Assembly: GCF_030013595.1 (NCBI RefSeq)
Contig: NZ_CP122768.1
DNA from: Escherichia coli
GTDB lineage: Bacteria > Pseudomonadota > Gammaproteobacteria > Enterobacterales > Enterobacteriaceae
Strand: one strand, 5' to 3'
Length of the DNA: 64,000 nt
Numbering within the stretch: position 1 is the first letter of the stretch; every line of letters starts with the position of its first letter. Below are positions 1-13,860 of the stretch, in pieces. The notes beneath the pieces are model-generated. The model did not search any database. It was not told where the DNA came from and was given only the letters and a program-made list of their open reading frames with translations. The position numbers and the translations under genes are program-made.

Positions 1-678
1 TGAGATTGGATTGCTTTTAGTCAGCCTCTTATAGCCTAAAGTCTTTGAGTGACTAGATGACATATCATGTAAGTTGCTGATAGGTTTCCAGTTTTCCGCT
101 CCTAGGTCTGCATATTGTACTTTTCCTCTTACTCGACTTAACCAGTACCAACCCAGCTTCTCAACGGATTTATACCATGGCACTTTAAAGCCAGCATCAC
201 TGACAATGAGCGGTGTGGTGTTACTCGGTAGAATGCTCGCAAGGTCGGCTAGAAATTGGTCATGAGCTTTCTTTGAACATTGCTCTGAAAGCGGGAACGC
301 TTTCTCATAAAGAGTAACAGAACGACCGTGTAGTGCGACTGAAGCTCGCAATACCATAAGTCGTTTTTGCTCACGAATATCAGACCAGTCAACAAGTACA
401 ATGGGCATCGTATTGCCCGAACAGATAAAGCTAGCATGCCAACGGTATACAGCGAGTCGCTCTTTGTGGAGGTGACGATTACCTAACAATCGGTCGATTC
501 GTTTGATGTTATGTTTTGTTCTCGCTTTGGTTGGCAGGTTACGGCCAAGTTCGGTAAGAGTGAGAGTTTTACAGTCAAGTAATGCGTGGCAAGCCAACGT
601 TAAGCTGTTGAGTCGTTTTAAGTGTAATTCGGGGCAGAATTGGTAAAGAGAGTCGTGTAAAATATCGAGTTCGCACAT
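1..678 (-). CDS. tnp: IS10 transposase, N-terminal ~226 codons (rest lies beyond window start)
   Basis: ATG at 676-678 (minus strand), translation begins MCELDILHDSLYQFCPELHLKRLNSL; frame stays open to position 1; not in the ORF track because it has no in-window stop. Confidence 0.88.
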   Translation of the reverse strand, partial: MCELDILHDSLYQFCPELHLKRLNSLTLACHALLDCKTLTLTELGRNLPTKARTKHNIKRIDRLLGNRHLHKERLAVYRWHASFICSGNTMPIVLVDWSDIREQKRLMVLRASVALHGRSVTLYEKAFPLSEQCSKKAHDQFLADLASILPSNTTPLIVSDAGFKVPWYKSVEKLGWYWLSRVRGKVQYADLGAENWKPISNLHDMSSSHSKTLGYKRLTKSNPIS

Positions 679-739
679 CTTGTTGTCTGATTATTGATTT
701 TTCGCGAAACCATTTGATCATATGACAAGATGTGTATCC
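671..739 (+). ncRNA. IS10 antisense RNA-OUT (placed by offset from the IS10 end)
   Basis: Opposite strand to the tnp start; 9-bp stem ACATCTTGT (675-683) pairs with ACAAGATGT (724-732); corresponds to IS10 bp 115 to 47 from the outside end. Confidence 0.5.
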
Positions 740-745
740 ACCTTA
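711..745 (-). promoter_or_regulatory. IS10 transposase promoter pIN region with Dam methylation site
   Basis: GATC at 716-719 sits at IS10 bp 67-70, where the Dam-regulated -10 of pIN is known to lie; placed by offset, not by promoter scoring. Confidence 0.4.
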
Positions 746-785
746 ACTTAATGATTTTTACCAAAATCATTAGGGGATTCATCAG

Positions 786-1343
786 CGCGCAGTGGGCGCG
801 GAGTTCAACCGTATCGCCGGGGAAAACTGTCTCTACTTCGAAACCGGGCAAGGCTCGGCGCTGTCCGCTGGCGCGAACTTCGGCGCAGACCAGGTGACGA
901 TGGAAGCGCGTAACTATGGGCTGGCGCGTCATTACGATCCGTTTATCGTCAACACCGTGGTCGGTTTTATTGGGCCGGAGTATCTCTACAACGACCGCCA
1001 GATTATCCGTGCGGGCTTAGAAGATCACTTTATGGGCAAGCTGAGCGGCATCTCGATGGGCTGTGACTGCTGCTACACCAACCACGCTGACGCTGATCAG
1101 AACCTCAACGAAAACCTGATGATCCTGCTCGCCATCGCAGGCTGTAACTACATCATGGGGATGCCGCTGGGCGATGACATCATGCTCAACTATCAGACCA
1201 CCGCATTCCACGACACTGCCACTGTGCGTCAGTTACTCAACCTGCGCCCGTCACCGGAGTTTGAACGCTGGCTGGAAAGCATGGGCATTATGGCAAACGG
1301 TCGCCTGACCAAACGGGCGGGCGATCCGTCACTGTTCTTCTGA
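786..1343 (+). pseudogene. eutB: eutB 3' fragment (ethanolamine ammonia-lyase large subunit, C-terminal ~185 codons), truncated by IS10
   Basis: Frame open from 786 immediately after the IS10 end; stop at 1341-1343; C-terminus ...LNLRPSPEFERWLESMGIMANGRLTKRAGDPSLFF; followed by eutC 21 bp downstream. Confidence 0.85.
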
Positions 1344-1363
1344 TGACGCGGAGATAACACATC

Positions 1364-2251
1364 ATGGATCAAAAACAGATTGAAGAAATTGTACGCAGCG
1401 TGATGGCGTCAATGGGACAAGCGGCCCCCGCGCCGTCAGAAGCAAAGTGCGCCACCACCACCTGTGCGGCACCGGTGACCTCTGAAAGCTGTGCGCTGGA
1501 TTTAGGTTCTGCGGAAGCAAAAGCGTGGATTGGTGTTGAAAACCCGCATCGCGCAGACGTATTAACAGAACTGCGTCGCAGCACCGTGGCCCGCGTTTGT
1601 ACCGGTCGTGCCGGTCCGCGTCCGCGCACCCAGGCGTTGCTGCGTTTCCTGGCCGATCACTCTCGTTCGAAAGATACCGTTCTGAAAGAAGTACCGGAAG
1701 AGTGGGTGAAAGCGCAGGGCTTGCTGGAAGTCCGCTCCGAAATCAGCGACAAAAATCTCTACCTGACTCGTCCGGATATGGGCCGCCGCCTGTGTGCAGA
1801 AGCTGTTGAAGCGCTGAAAGCACAGTGTGTTGCTAATCCGGACGTGCAGGTCGTTATTTCTGATGGCCTGTCAACTGATGCGATCACCGTGAACTACGAA
1901 GAGATCCTGCCGCCGCTGATGGCGGGCCTGAAGCAAGCCGGGCTGAAAGTCGGTACGCCATTCTTTGTACGTTATGGTCGCGTGAAGATTGAAGATCAGA
2001 TCGGTGAGATCCTAGGCGCGAAAGTAGTGATCCTGCTGGTGGGCGAACGTCCGGGGTTGGGGCAGTCAGAAAGCCTCTCCTGCTACGCCGTTTACTCGCC
2101 GCGTATGGCGACCACCGTTGAGGCCGATCGCACCTGTATCTCTAACATTCACCAGGGCGGCACGCCGCCGGTTGAAGCCGCAGCCGTCATTGTGGATTTG
2201 GCGAAACGTATGCTGGAGCAGAAAGCATCCGGCATCAACATGACCCGATAA
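1364..2251 (+). CDS. eutC: ethanolamine ammonia-lyase small subunit
   Basis: 295-aa ORF, N-terminus [19 protein letters not shown]; immediately downstream of eutB; operon synteny. Confidence 0.93.
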   Translation: MDQKQIEEIVRSVMASMGQAAPAPSEAKCATTTCAAPVTSESCALDLGSAEAKAWIGVENPHRADVLTELRRSTVARVCTGRAGPRPRTQALLRFLADHSRSKDTVLKEVPEEWVKAQGLLEVRSEISDKNLYLTRPDMGRRLCAEAVEALKAQCVANPDVQVVISDGLSTDAITVNYEEILPPLMAGLKQAGLKVGTPFFVRYGRVKIEDQIGEILGAKVVILLVGERPGLGQSESLSCYAVYSPRMATTVEADRTCISNIHQGGTPPVEAAAVIVDLAKRMLEQKASGINMTR

Positions 2252-2260
2252 GGAGGCATC

Positions 2261-2920
2261 ATGCCAGCTTTAGATTTGATTCGACCGTCGGTAACCGCCA
2301 TGCGGGTGATTGCCTCCGTTAACGCCGAATTTGCACGTGAACTGAAATTGCCGCCGCATATTCGTAGCCTCGGGCTGATTTCTGCTGATTCAGATGACGT
2401 CACCTACATTGCGGCTGACGAAGCGACCAAGCAGGCGATGGTCGAAGTGGTATATGGTCGCTCGCTGTATGCGGGCGCTGCACACGGCCCGTCACCGACT
2501 GCCGGTGAGGTGCTGATTATGCTTGGTGGACCAAACCCGGCGGAAGTGCGTGCTGGTCTGGATGCGATGGTTGCGAATATTGAAAATGGCGCTGCTTTCC
2601 AGTGGGCAAATGACGCAGAAAACACAGCCTTCCTGGCACATGTAGTTTCGCGTACCGGTTCTTATCTCTCATCAACCGCCGGGATCACGCTTGGCGATCC
2701 GATGGCGTATCTGGTGGCACCGCCGCTGGAAGCGACCTACGGCATTGATGCAGCGTTGAAATCTGCCGACGTGCAGTTGGTGACCTATGTCCCGCCACCG
2801 TCTGAAACCAACTACTCGGCAGCATTTTTAACCGGTAGCCAGGCCGCGTGTAAAGCAGCCTGTAACGCCTTTACCGATGCAGTGCTGGAAATCGCGCGTA
2901 ATCCAATCCAGCGTGCGTAA
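2261..2920 (+). CDS. eutL: bacterial microcompartment shell protein EutL
   Basis: 219-aa ORF with RBS AGGAGG 6 nt upstream; tandem BMC-like fold; eut operon position. Confidence 0.92.
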   Translation: MPALDLIRPSVTAMRVIASVNAEFARELKLPPHIRSLGLISADSDDVTYIAADEATKQAMVEVVYGRSLYAGAAHGPSPTAGEVLIMLGGPNPAEVRAGLDAMVANIENGAAFQWANDAENTAFLAHVVSRTGSYLSSTAGITLGDPMAYLVAPPLEATYGIDAALKSADVQLVTYVPPPSETNYSAAFLTGSQAACKAACNAFTDAVLEIARNPIQRA

Positions 2921-2932
2921 CGGAGGTTGCCG

Positions 2933-3433
2933 ATGATCAATGCACTGGGATTGCTGGAAGTGGACGGCATGGTCGCCGCGATAGATGCAGCTGATGCCAT
3001 GCTCAAAGCAGCTAACGTTCGTCTGCTCAGTCACGAAGTGCTTGACCCTGGTCGCCTAACGCTGGTGGTGGAAGGCGATCTGGCGGCGTGTCGTGCGGCG
3101 CTGGACGCAGGTTGTGCTGCCGCGATGCGTACCGGGCGTGTCATCAGCCGTAAGGAGATCGGTCGGCCAGACGATGACACCCAGTGGCTGGTTACTGGCT
3201 TTAACCGCCAGCCGAAGCAACCCGTAAAGGAACCCGACGCGCCAGTTATCGTCGCGGAATCTGCTGACGAGTTGTTGGCGCTGTTAACATCAGTACGTCA
3301 GGGAATGACGGCAGGAGAAGTGGCTGCCCACTTTGGCTGGCCGCTGGAAAAAGCCAGAAATGCGCTCGAACAGCTCTTTTCTGCCGGGACGTTACGTAAA
3401 CGCAGTAGTCGTTACCGTCTCAAGCCCCATTAA
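2933..3433 (+). CDS. eutK: bacterial microcompartment shell protein EutK
   Basis: 166 aa from ATG 2933 (track ORF starts at an upstream TTG); BMC domain LGLLEVDGMVAAIDAADAMLKAANV; RBS GGAGG upstream. Confidence 0.9.
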   Translation: MINALGLLEVDGMVAAIDAADAMLKAANVRLLSHEVLDPGRLTLVVEGDLAACRAALDAGCAAAMRTGRVISRKEIGRPDDDTQWLVTGFNRQPKQPVKEPDAPVIVAESADELLALLTSVRQGMTAGEVAAHFGWPLEKARNALEQLFSAGTLRKRSSRYRLKPH

Positions 3434-3478
3434 CCTGTCGGAGGTGCCGGGTGTCCTACAACACCCGGCATTAACATC

Positions 3479-4531
3479 ATGAAAAAGACCCGTACAGCCA
3501 ATTTGCACCATCTTTATCATGAACCCTTACCCGAAAACCTGAAGCTCACGCCGAAGGTCGAAGTGGATAATGTTCATCAACGACAGACAACGGACGTCTA
3601 TGAACATGCTTTGACAATTACCGCCTGGCAGCAGATTTACGATCAGCTGCATCCGGGCAAGTTTCATGGTGAATTTACGGAAATTCTACTCGATGATATT
3701 CAGGTTTTTCGTGAATACACTGGTCTGGCGCTGCGTCAGTCGTGCCTGGTCTGGCCGAACTCGTTCTGGTTTGGCATTCCGGCGACGCGCGGTGAGCTGG
3801 GATTTATCGGTTCGCAATGTCTGGGAAGCGCAGAAATTGCGACGCGCCCGGGTGGAACTGAGTTTGAATTAAGTACGCCGGACGATTACACGATCCTTGG
3901 CGTAGTGCTTTCTGAAGATGTCATCACTCGTCAGGCTAACTTTTTGCATAATCCGGATCGGGTATTACATATGCTGCGTAGCCAGTCGGCGCTGGAAGTG
4001 AAAGAGCAGCATAAAGCCGCGCTGTGGGGCTTTGTCCAACAGGCGCTGGCGACGTTTTGCGAGAACCCGGAAAATCTCCATCAGCCTGCAGTGCGAAAAG
4101 TGCTGGGGGATAATTTGCTAATGGCGATGGGGGCGATGCTGGAAGAAGCGCAGCCGATGATGACGGCGGAAAGCATCAGTCATCAGAGTTACCGTCGATT
4201 GCTTTCCCGCGCCCGTGAATATGTGCTGGAAAACATGTCCGAACCGGTGACGGTGCTGGACTTGTGTAATCAACTGCATGTCAGCCGCCGCACGCTACAA
4301 AACGCGTTTCACGCCATTTTGGGCATTGGTCCGAACGCGTGGCTGAAACGTATTCGCCTGAACGCCGTGCGCCGCGAACTCATAAGTCCGTGGTCACAAA
4401 GCACAACGGTAAAAGACGCCGCCATGCAGTGGGGATTCTGGCATCTTGGGCAATTTGCCACGGATTATCAGCAACTGTTTGCCGAGAAGCCGTCACTGAC
4501 GCTGCATCAGCGGATGCGAGAGTGGGGGTGA
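3479..4531 (+). CDS. eutR: AraC-family transcriptional activator of the eut operon
   Basis: 350-aa ORF; C-terminal AraC-type HTH ([42 protein letters not shown]); last gene of eut cluster. Confidence 0.93.
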   Translation: MKKTRTANLHHLYHEPLPENLKLTPKVEVDNVHQRQTTDVYEHALTITAWQQIYDQLHPGKFHGEFTEILLDDIQVFREYTGLALRQSCLVWPNSFWFGIPATRGELGFIGSQCLGSAEIATRPGGTEFELSTPDDYTILGVVLSEDVITRQANFLHNPDRVLHMLRSQSALEVKEQHKAALWGFVQQALATFCENPENLHQPAVRKVLGDNLLMAMGAMLEEAQPMMTAESISHQSYRRLLSRAREYVLENMSEPVTVLDLCNQLHVSRRTLQNAFHAILGIGPNAWLKRIRLNAVRRELISPWSQSTTVKDAAMQWGFWHLGQFATDYQQLFAEKPSLTLHQRMREWG

Positions 4532-4536
4532 GGGAG

Positions 4537-5439
<903 letters not shown>

Positions 5440-6309
5440 TTACCGCTTTCTCGAGTGTGCTTTCTGGTTGTCAAACCAGTGGAAATAACTGATCACGCCT
5501 TCGGCAATCGCTGTGGCGATTTTCTGGCGAAACGCCGCAGTGCCTAACAGCCGCTCTTCTTCTGGGTTGGTGATAAACGAGGTTTCCACCAGCACCGAAG
5601 GAACCGACGGCGATTTCAACACCACAAACGCGGCTTGTTCGGTGTTGCGGCTGTGCAGTTTATGCACCGGCTTAATCTTTTTCAGAATATGCGAGCCGAG
5701 CGTCAGGCTGTTTTTAATAGTATCGGTTTGCACCAGATCAAACAGCACTTGCTGCAATAGGTGATCCTTGTCAGTCGCCTTTTTACCGGCAACTTCATCG
5801 GCGCGGTTTTCGCGTTCAGACAGGTATTTCGCCATTGCGCTACTTGCCCCACGGTTAGAGAGGGCAAATACCGAAGCACCGGCAGCTTTCGGGTTGGTAA
5901 AGCCGTCGGCATGAATTGACATAAACAGATCTGCGCCATGTTTATGGGCGATTTCAACGCGATCGTATAGTGGGATAAACGTATCGCCAGAACGCGTTAA
6001 ACGCGCATCAATGCCATGATTACGCAAAATGGAACGGACGTTTTTAGCAATCGCCAGCACCACATGTTTTTCTTTCGAACCGTTGCGCCCGATCGCTCCG
6101 GTATCAATCCCGCCGTGGCCTGGATCGAGAACAACGACACGTTTGCCGCCAGATTTTTTGGCTTTCGGCTTGCTGTGTCCGTTGCTGGTTTTTAAAGGTT
6201 CGTCTTTGGCGATGGCTTGCGACATTCCTGACAACGTCAGGGCAGCCAAACCGGCTTTCAGCACCTGGCGGCGCGAAGTGAGTGTTTTTAGTGGTTTAAA
6301 AGTGCTCAT
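5440..6309 (-). CDS. amiA: N-acetylmuramoyl-L-alanine amidase AmiA
   Basis: 289-aa ORF; twin-arginine signal SRRQVLKAGLAALTLSG; amidase domain; stop abuts hemF start. Confidence 0.93.
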   Translation of the reverse strand: MSTFKPLKTLTSRRQVLKAGLAALTLSGMSQAIAKDEPLKTSNGHSKPKAKKSGGKRVVVLDPGHGGIDTGAIGRNGSKEKHVVLAIAKNVRSILRNHGIDARLTRSGDTFIPLYDRVEIAHKHGADLFMSIHADGFTNPKAAGASVFALSNRGASSAMAKYLSERENRADEVAGKKATDKDHLLQQVLFDLVQTDTIKNSLTLGSHILKKIKPVHKLHSRNTEQAAFVVLKSPSVPSVLVETSFITNPEEERLLGTAAFRQKIATAIAEGVISYFHWFDNQKAHSRKR

Positions 6310-6522
6310 ACGGCCTGAGTTGTAATAATAAAGTTCCAGATGTTATATCGTATCGCGTAATCCGTTACGACCGTTTGCTGTTGAGAATTGTTTTACTTTT
6401 CATTTCAATAGTTGACAACTCCCCATTATGCCACTTTTTCAACCGATTTTCGTCAGATATTGGCTAATTCGACCGTTCACGCCATAATCAGCCTTTTAAC
6501 CCGCAAAAAGGTAACGAATACC

Positions 6523-6948
6523 ATGGAGATACGCGTATTTCGCCAGGAAGATTTCGAAGAGGTCATCACCCTTTGGGAGCGTTGCGACTTGCTGCGTCCG
6601 TGGAACGATCCGGAAATGGACATCGAGCGTAAGATGAACCATGACGTCAGTTTGTTTCTGGTCGCTGAGGTAAACGGTGAAGTGGTCGGAACGGTGATGG
6701 GCGGTTATGACGGGCATCGCGGGTCTGCTTATTATCTTGGCGTGCATCCAGAGTTTCGTGGGCGTGGGATTGCTAATGCGTTGCTTAATCGGTTGGAGAA
6801 AAAGCTGATTGCTCGCGGCTGCCCGAAAATTCAGATCAACGTGCCGGAAGATAACGACATGGTGCTCGGAATGTATGAACGCCTGGGATATGAACACGCC
6901 GACGTGCTGAGTCTGGGTAAGCGTTTGATTGAAGATGAAGAGTACTGA
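6523..6948 (+). CDS. ypeA: GNAT-family N-acetyltransferase
   Basis: 141 aa from ATG 6523 ([14 protein letters not shown]...); acetyl-CoA binding motif region VVGTVMGG...[10 protein letters not shown]. Confidence 0.88.
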
Positions 6949-7384
6949 GTTTCATCCTGTCCATTATGATGCACACGGTCGCCTGCGTTTACCCTTGCTC
7001 TTCTGGCTTGTGCTATTGCTTCAGGCGCGAACCTGGGTGCTGTTTGTCATTGCCGGTGCGTCGCGCGAGCAGGGTACTGCGCTGCTAAATCTGTTTTATC
7101 CCGATCACGATAATTTCTGGCTGGGGTTGATTCCCGGCATTCCGGCGGTGCTGGCGTTTTTGCTGAGTGGTCGGCGGGCTTCATTTCCCCGTATCTGGCA
7201 TGTGCTCTATTTTCTGTTGCTGTTGGCGCAGGTGGTTTTACTTTGCTGGCAACCGTGGCTGTGGCTGAACGGTGAATCCGTTAGCGGTATCGGGCTGGCG
7301 CTGGTAGTGGCGGATATTGTGGCGTTAATCTGGCTGCTGACCAATCGACGTTTACGCGCTTGTTTTAATGAAGAAAAAGAATAA
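6935..7384 (+). CDS. yfeZ: inner membrane protein YfeZ
   Basis: 149 aa from ATG 6935 ([12 protein letters not shown]...); several hydrophobic segments; overlaps ypeA 3' end. Confidence 0.85.
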
Positions 7385-7444
7385 CGGCACTTTTTGGTGA
7401 ATTTGCACTCCAAGCAACGTTATTGAATAACCAAAGGAAGTGAC

Positions 7445-8020
7445 ATGAAATCGCTGCGTTTAATGTTATGCGCTATGCCGTTGATGCTGACCGGCTGTTC
7501 CACGATGTCGTCAGTTAACTGGTCTGCCGCTAACCCGTGGAACTGGTTTGGGTCGTCCACCAAAGTGAGCGAGCAGGGCGTTGGTGAATTAACGGCGTCC
7601 ACACCACTGCAAGAACAAGCCATTGCTGATGCGCTTGATGGCGATTATCGCCTGCGCAGCGGAATGAAAACCGCGAACGGCAACGTGGTGCGCTTTTTTG
7701 AAGTGATGAAAGGCGACAACGTGGCGATGGTGATTAACGGTGATCAAGGCACGATCAGCCGCATTGATGTGCTGGATAGCGATATTCCTGCTGACACCGG
7801 TGTTAAAATCGGTACACCGTTTAGCGACCTTTACAGCAAAGCATTTGGCAATTGCCAAAAAGCTGATGGTGATGATAATCGTGCCGTCGAATGTAAAGCC
7901 GAAGGCAGTCAACATATTAGCTACCAGTTCAGCGGGGAATGGAGTGGTCCTGAAGGGTTAATGCCTTCGGACGATACCCTGAAAAACTGGAAAGTCAGTA
8001 AAATTATCTGGCGGCGTTAA
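7445..8020 (+). CDS. yfeY: lipoprotein YfeY
   Basis: 191-aa ORF; signal peptide with lipobox LTGCS. Confidence 0.9.
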   Translation: MKSLRLMLCAMPLMLTGCSTMSSVNWSAANPWNWFGSSTKVSEQGVGELTASTPLQEQAIADALDGDYRLRSGMKTANGNVVRFFEVMKGDNVAMVINGDQGTISRIDVLDSDIPADTGVKIGTPFSDLYSKAFGNCQKADGDDNRAVECKAEGSQHISYQFSGEWSGPEGLMPSDDTLKNWKVSKIIWRR

Positions 8021-8031
8021 TTTGCGTCTGA

Positions 8032-9015
<984 letters not shown>

Positions 9016-9038
9016 TCGTTTCTGATTCGATGATTAAA

Positions 9039-9072
9039 GGCCAGCCAGTATCACAACTGACTGGCCTTTTTA
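9039..9072. terminator. bidirectional intrinsic terminator between convergent yfeX and yfeW
   Basis: GGCCAG(9039-9044)...CTGGCC(9061-9066) stem flanked by A-run and T-run. Confidence 0.6.
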
Positions 9073-10374
9073 TTACTGCTTTAACGCCGCATACACCTGA
9101 TCAACCACCCAACCATAAGTTGCAATCGGCAACTGACCGCTTTCGAACATATTGGGATTCTTTTGTGGATCGGCAACTGGCGAATGTGGCTTGTTGCTTA
9201 ACATCACAATCGCCATATGATTCACCGGATCGATAACGGTCACCGTCCCGGTCCAGCCAGTGTGACCGTAGGTTTGCGGGCTTGCCAGCGTGCCAAACGT
9301 CGGCGTCATGGTGGCATTACCATTCACGCGCCAGCCAAGGCCAAAAGTGGCATCTTCCTTAGAGCTGGTGGTGAACATCTTCACCGTTTCTGCATTGAAC
9401 AGCTGCACATCGCCATAGCCGCCGCCGTTCAGCATCGTTTGCATTAACACCGCAATATCGCCGGTATTGGAAAACAACCCTGCATGCCCGGAAACGCCGC
9501 CCATCGAATAAAAGGCTTTTTCATCGTGCACCTGACCCCAGAGAGTGGAGGTGCGGATATTCGGGAAATGGATCACGCCATCGCGGGTATTGCCGTTGAG
9601 TTCCGTGGCGGCAATTTGTTGCGGTTTAAAGCCTTTCAGTAGCGGATTAAACACCGTATGCGTCAGGCCGAGCGGGCGATAAATCGACTCTTCAACATAG
9701 CGGTCAAGTGGCTGACCGGTAATCGACTCGACGATAAATCCAAGCAGCATATAATCGACATCGCTGTAGATATGCTTGCTGCCGGGCTGATACTCCAGCG
9801 GCGTGCGCTTGATCATCTCCAGCGTCTGGCCTTTATCCTGGGAATATAACGCGCCCGTGACCGCTTTATTCGGGTATTGCGGATCTGCCGGGAAACCGCC
9901 GCTGTGATGCAGCAGGTCAGAAATCCGCAGCGTGTTTTTGCCTTTGATGGTGTCATTTGGACTATCGGCAAATCCCGGAATATATTTCGCAATCCGATCG
10001 TCAGGATGCAGCTTGCCTTCGCTCATCAGCTTTTGCAGCGCGAAGTTAGTGGCGTACATCTTGGTGTTTGAGGCCAGATCATACAGCGTCCCGGTGGTGG
10101 CTTTTACAGGCTGCGCCATTAACGCGCTGCCATCGTACTTTTTCGCCGCGCCCCAGGCTTTGCGATAAACAATCTGATTATCTTTTATAATCAGCAGGTT
10201 TACTCCCGGATAACCGGCATCAACTTGCTGGCTTATCCAGCGATCCATCTGATTAAGCCGTTCGACGTTAAACCCTGCTTTCTCTGGCGAACTTTCTGTC
10301 AGAACAGGGTATTTTGCGGCGCTGACGCTACAACTAACAGCCAGCAGAGAAAGATAGAGCATTGTCCGTTTCAT
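9073..10374 (-). CDS. yfeW: penicillin-binding protein 4B (low-molecular-weight PBP, beta-lactamase fold)
   Basis: About 433 aa from ATG 10372-10374 (MKRTMLYLSLLAVSCSVSA signal); SxxK active-site motif SNTK; directly downstream of murP. Confidence 0.88.
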   Translation of the reverse strand: MKRTMLYLSLLAVSCSVSAAKYPVLTESSPEKAGFNVERLNQMDRWISQQVDAGYPGVNLLIIKDNQIVYRKAWGAAKKYDGSALMAQPVKATTGTLYDLASNTKMYATNFALQKLMSEGKLHPDDRIAKYIPGFADSPNDTIKGKNTLRISDLLHHSGGFPADPQYPNKAVTGALYSQDKGQTLEMIKRTPLEYQPGSKHIYSDVDYMLLGFIVESITGQPLDRYVEESIYRPLGLTHTVFNPLLKGFKPQQIAATELNGNTRDGVIHFPNIRTSTLWGQVHDEKAFYSMGGVSGHAGLFSNTGDIAVLMQTMLNGGGYGDVQLFNAETVKMFTTSSKEDATFGLGWRVNGNATMTPTFGTLASPQTYGHTGWTGTVTVIDPVNHMAIVMLSNKPHSPVADPQKNPNMFESGQLPIATYGWVVDQVYAALKQ

Positions 10375-10378
10375 GATA

Positions 10379-11803
<1,425 letters not shown>

Positions 11804-11806
11804 GGG

Positions 11807-12703
11807 TTATTCCTTGTCTAAAACCTGACGAATAAAGCCGCCGTGTTGATCAAGGCGTTTTTTAGCTTCTGCGGCATCGAGATTTTTCAGCACCATCACA
11901 ATGGCCGTTTTACAGTTGCGCTCGCAGGCAACCAATGCCGCTTCCGCTTGCTCTGCGCTACATCCGGTAGCGTTTTTGACGATATTGACCTGGCGCACAT
12001 GCAATTTTTCGTTGGTGGCGACCACATCGACCATCAGGTTGCCGAACACTTTGCCGGATTTAATCATCAGCCCGGTGGAGAGCATATTGAGCACCAGTTT
12101 CTGCGCCGTACCTGCTTTCATTCGCGAAGAACCTGTGACCACTTCGGCCCCAACAACTGGCGTAATGGCAAACTCAGCGGTGGCTGAAACGGCGCTCCCG
12201 GGATTACAGGAAATTCCCACTGTGCGGCAGCCGAGCTGGCGTGCGTATTCCAGTCCGGCAATTACATACGGCGTGCGACCACTGGCCGCAATGCCAACCA
12301 CCACATCCTGCGCGGTTAAGCCGATGTTTTTCAAATCATTAACACCACCTTCCCGGCTATCTTCAGCGCCTTCCACCGCGTGCTGAATGGCATATTCGCC
12401 TCCAGCAATCAAACCAACCACCAGACCCGGTTTAACGCCGTAGGTGGGCGGACATTCGCTGGCATCCAGAATCCCCAGACGACCGGATGTTCCCGCACCG
12501 AGATAAATCAGACGCCCGCCGCCGCTTACCTGGGCGTGGATAACATCGATCGCCGCGGCGATATCCGGCAGTACGCGCTCAACGGCGAGTGGTACAGTTT
12601 TATCTTCATCGTTGATAATCCGGCACATTTCCAGCGTCGATACGCGGTCAATTTCAGCCGAGGCGGCGTTCGAGCCTTCAGTAATCATCTTTTCAAGTTG
12701 CAT
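11807..12703 (-). CDS. murQ: N-acetylmuramic acid 6-phosphate etherase
   Basis: 298-aa ORF; SIS-domain protein; 3-bp gap to murP start. Confidence 0.93.
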   Translation of the reverse strand: MQLEKMITEGSNAASAEIDRVSTLEMCRIINDEDKTVPLAVERVLPDIAAAIDVIHAQVSGGGRLIYLGAGTSGRLGILDASECPPTYGVKPGLVVGLIAGGEYAIQHAVEGAEDSREGGVNDLKNIGLTAQDVVVGIAASGRTPYVIAGLEYARQLGCRTVGISCNPGSAVSATAEFAITPVVGAEVVTGSSRMKAGTAQKLVLNMLSTGLMIKSGKVFGNLMVDVVATNEKLHVRQVNIVKNATGCSAEQAEAALVACERNCKTAIVMVLKNLDAAEAKKRLDQHGGFIRQVLDKE

Positions 12704-12874
12704 CGGTGGTGACCTTACTATTTACGATCAAATAATTGCAGATGTATGGAATCATATATCTCAATTTGCTAGTTTTAAAGGAATCATTGAGTCTGAAATC
12801 ACAGAGTGTGAAGAGCGTCAAAGGGCAAAATCCGTGTGCTATGCTGCGCGCAGGATGTGGTGAGGGAGTGGAAG

Positions 12875-13732
12875 ATGTTGTACCTGACAAAATTACGCAA
12901 TGCAGAAAGTGACTTTACTGAAAATGAGCAAAAGATAGCCGACTTTCTGCAAGCCAGGGTGAGCGAACTGAAATCCGTTTCTTCACGAAATATGGCGAAA
13001 CAGCTCGGTATTAGCCAGTCGAGTATTGTGAAGTTTGCCCAGAAGCTCGGCGCGCAAGGATTTACTGAATTGCGTATGGCGTTAATTGGCGAATACAGTG
13101 CTAGCCGGGAGAAAACGAATGCCACGGCGCTGCACCTGCACAGTTCGATTACCAGTGATGATTCGCTGGAAGTGATTGCCCGCAAATTGAATCGCGAAAA
13201 AGAGCTGGCGCTGGAGCAAACCTGTGCGTTGTTCGACTACGCGCGGTTGCAAAAAATCATTGAGGTCATCAGTAAAGCACCGTTTATCCAGATAACGGGC
13301 CTGGGTGGGTCGGCGCTGGTGGGGCGCGATCTTTCATTCAAACTGATGAAAATTGGTTATCGTGTGGCCTGTGAAGCTGACACGCATGTACAAGCCACCG
13401 TTTCCCAGGCGCTGAAAAAAGGCGATGTACAAATCGCTATCTCTTACAGCGGCAGTAAAAAAGAGATTGTCTTGTGCGCCGAGGCAGCACGAAAGCAGGG
13501 GGCAACGGTGATTGCCATTACCTCGTTAACCGATTCCCCGCTGCGGCGGCTGGCGCATTACACCCTCGATACCGTTTCTGGCGAAACCGAATGGCGCAGC
13601 TCGTCGATGTCCACCCGCACGGCGCAAAATTCTGTTACCGATTTACTGTTTGTTGGCCTTGTGCAACTCAATGATGTGGAGTCATTGAAAATGATTGAGC
13701 GCAGCAGTGAGCTAACGCAACGCCTGAAATGA
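12875..13732 (+). CDS. murR: RpiR-family repressor of murQP
   Basis: 285 aa from ATG 12875 ([14 protein letters not shown]...); N-terminal HTH plus SIS domain; divergent from murQ. Confidence 0.9.
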   Translation: MLYLTKLRNAESDFTENEQKIADFLQARVSELKSVSSRNMAKQLGISQSSIVKFAQKLGAQGFTELRMALIGEYSASREKTNATALHLHSSITSDDSLEVIARKLNREKELALEQTCALFDYARLQKIIEVISKAPFIQITGLGGSALVGRDLSFKLMKIGYRVACEADTHVQATVSQALKKGDVQIAISYSGSKKEIVLCAEAARKQGATVIAITSLTDSPLRRLAHYTLDTVSGETEWRSSSMSTRTAQNSVTDLLFVGLVQLNDVESLKMIERSSELTQRLK

Positions 13733-13860
13733 TGCATAAAGCAGCGACTGGATTGAGATTTTCCTGAATTAGTGAGCTGATCCGCAGCAATATTTTGTTT
13801 ATCCTGTATTTTCAGAGGGAATGGAGTGTAACGCTCTGTATTAACAAGGAGAGCATTAAA

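Larger units (their letters stand above)
1..785 (-). mobile_element. IS10: IS10 (IS4 family), partial: one terminus at 785, the rest runs off the window start
   Basis: Reverse complement of 747-785 is the IS10 outside end CTGATGAATCCCCTAATGATTTTGGTAAAAATCATTAAG; transposase ATG lies 108 bp inside the end, as in IS10; GATC at 716-719 matches the known Dam site in pIN. Confidence 0.9.
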
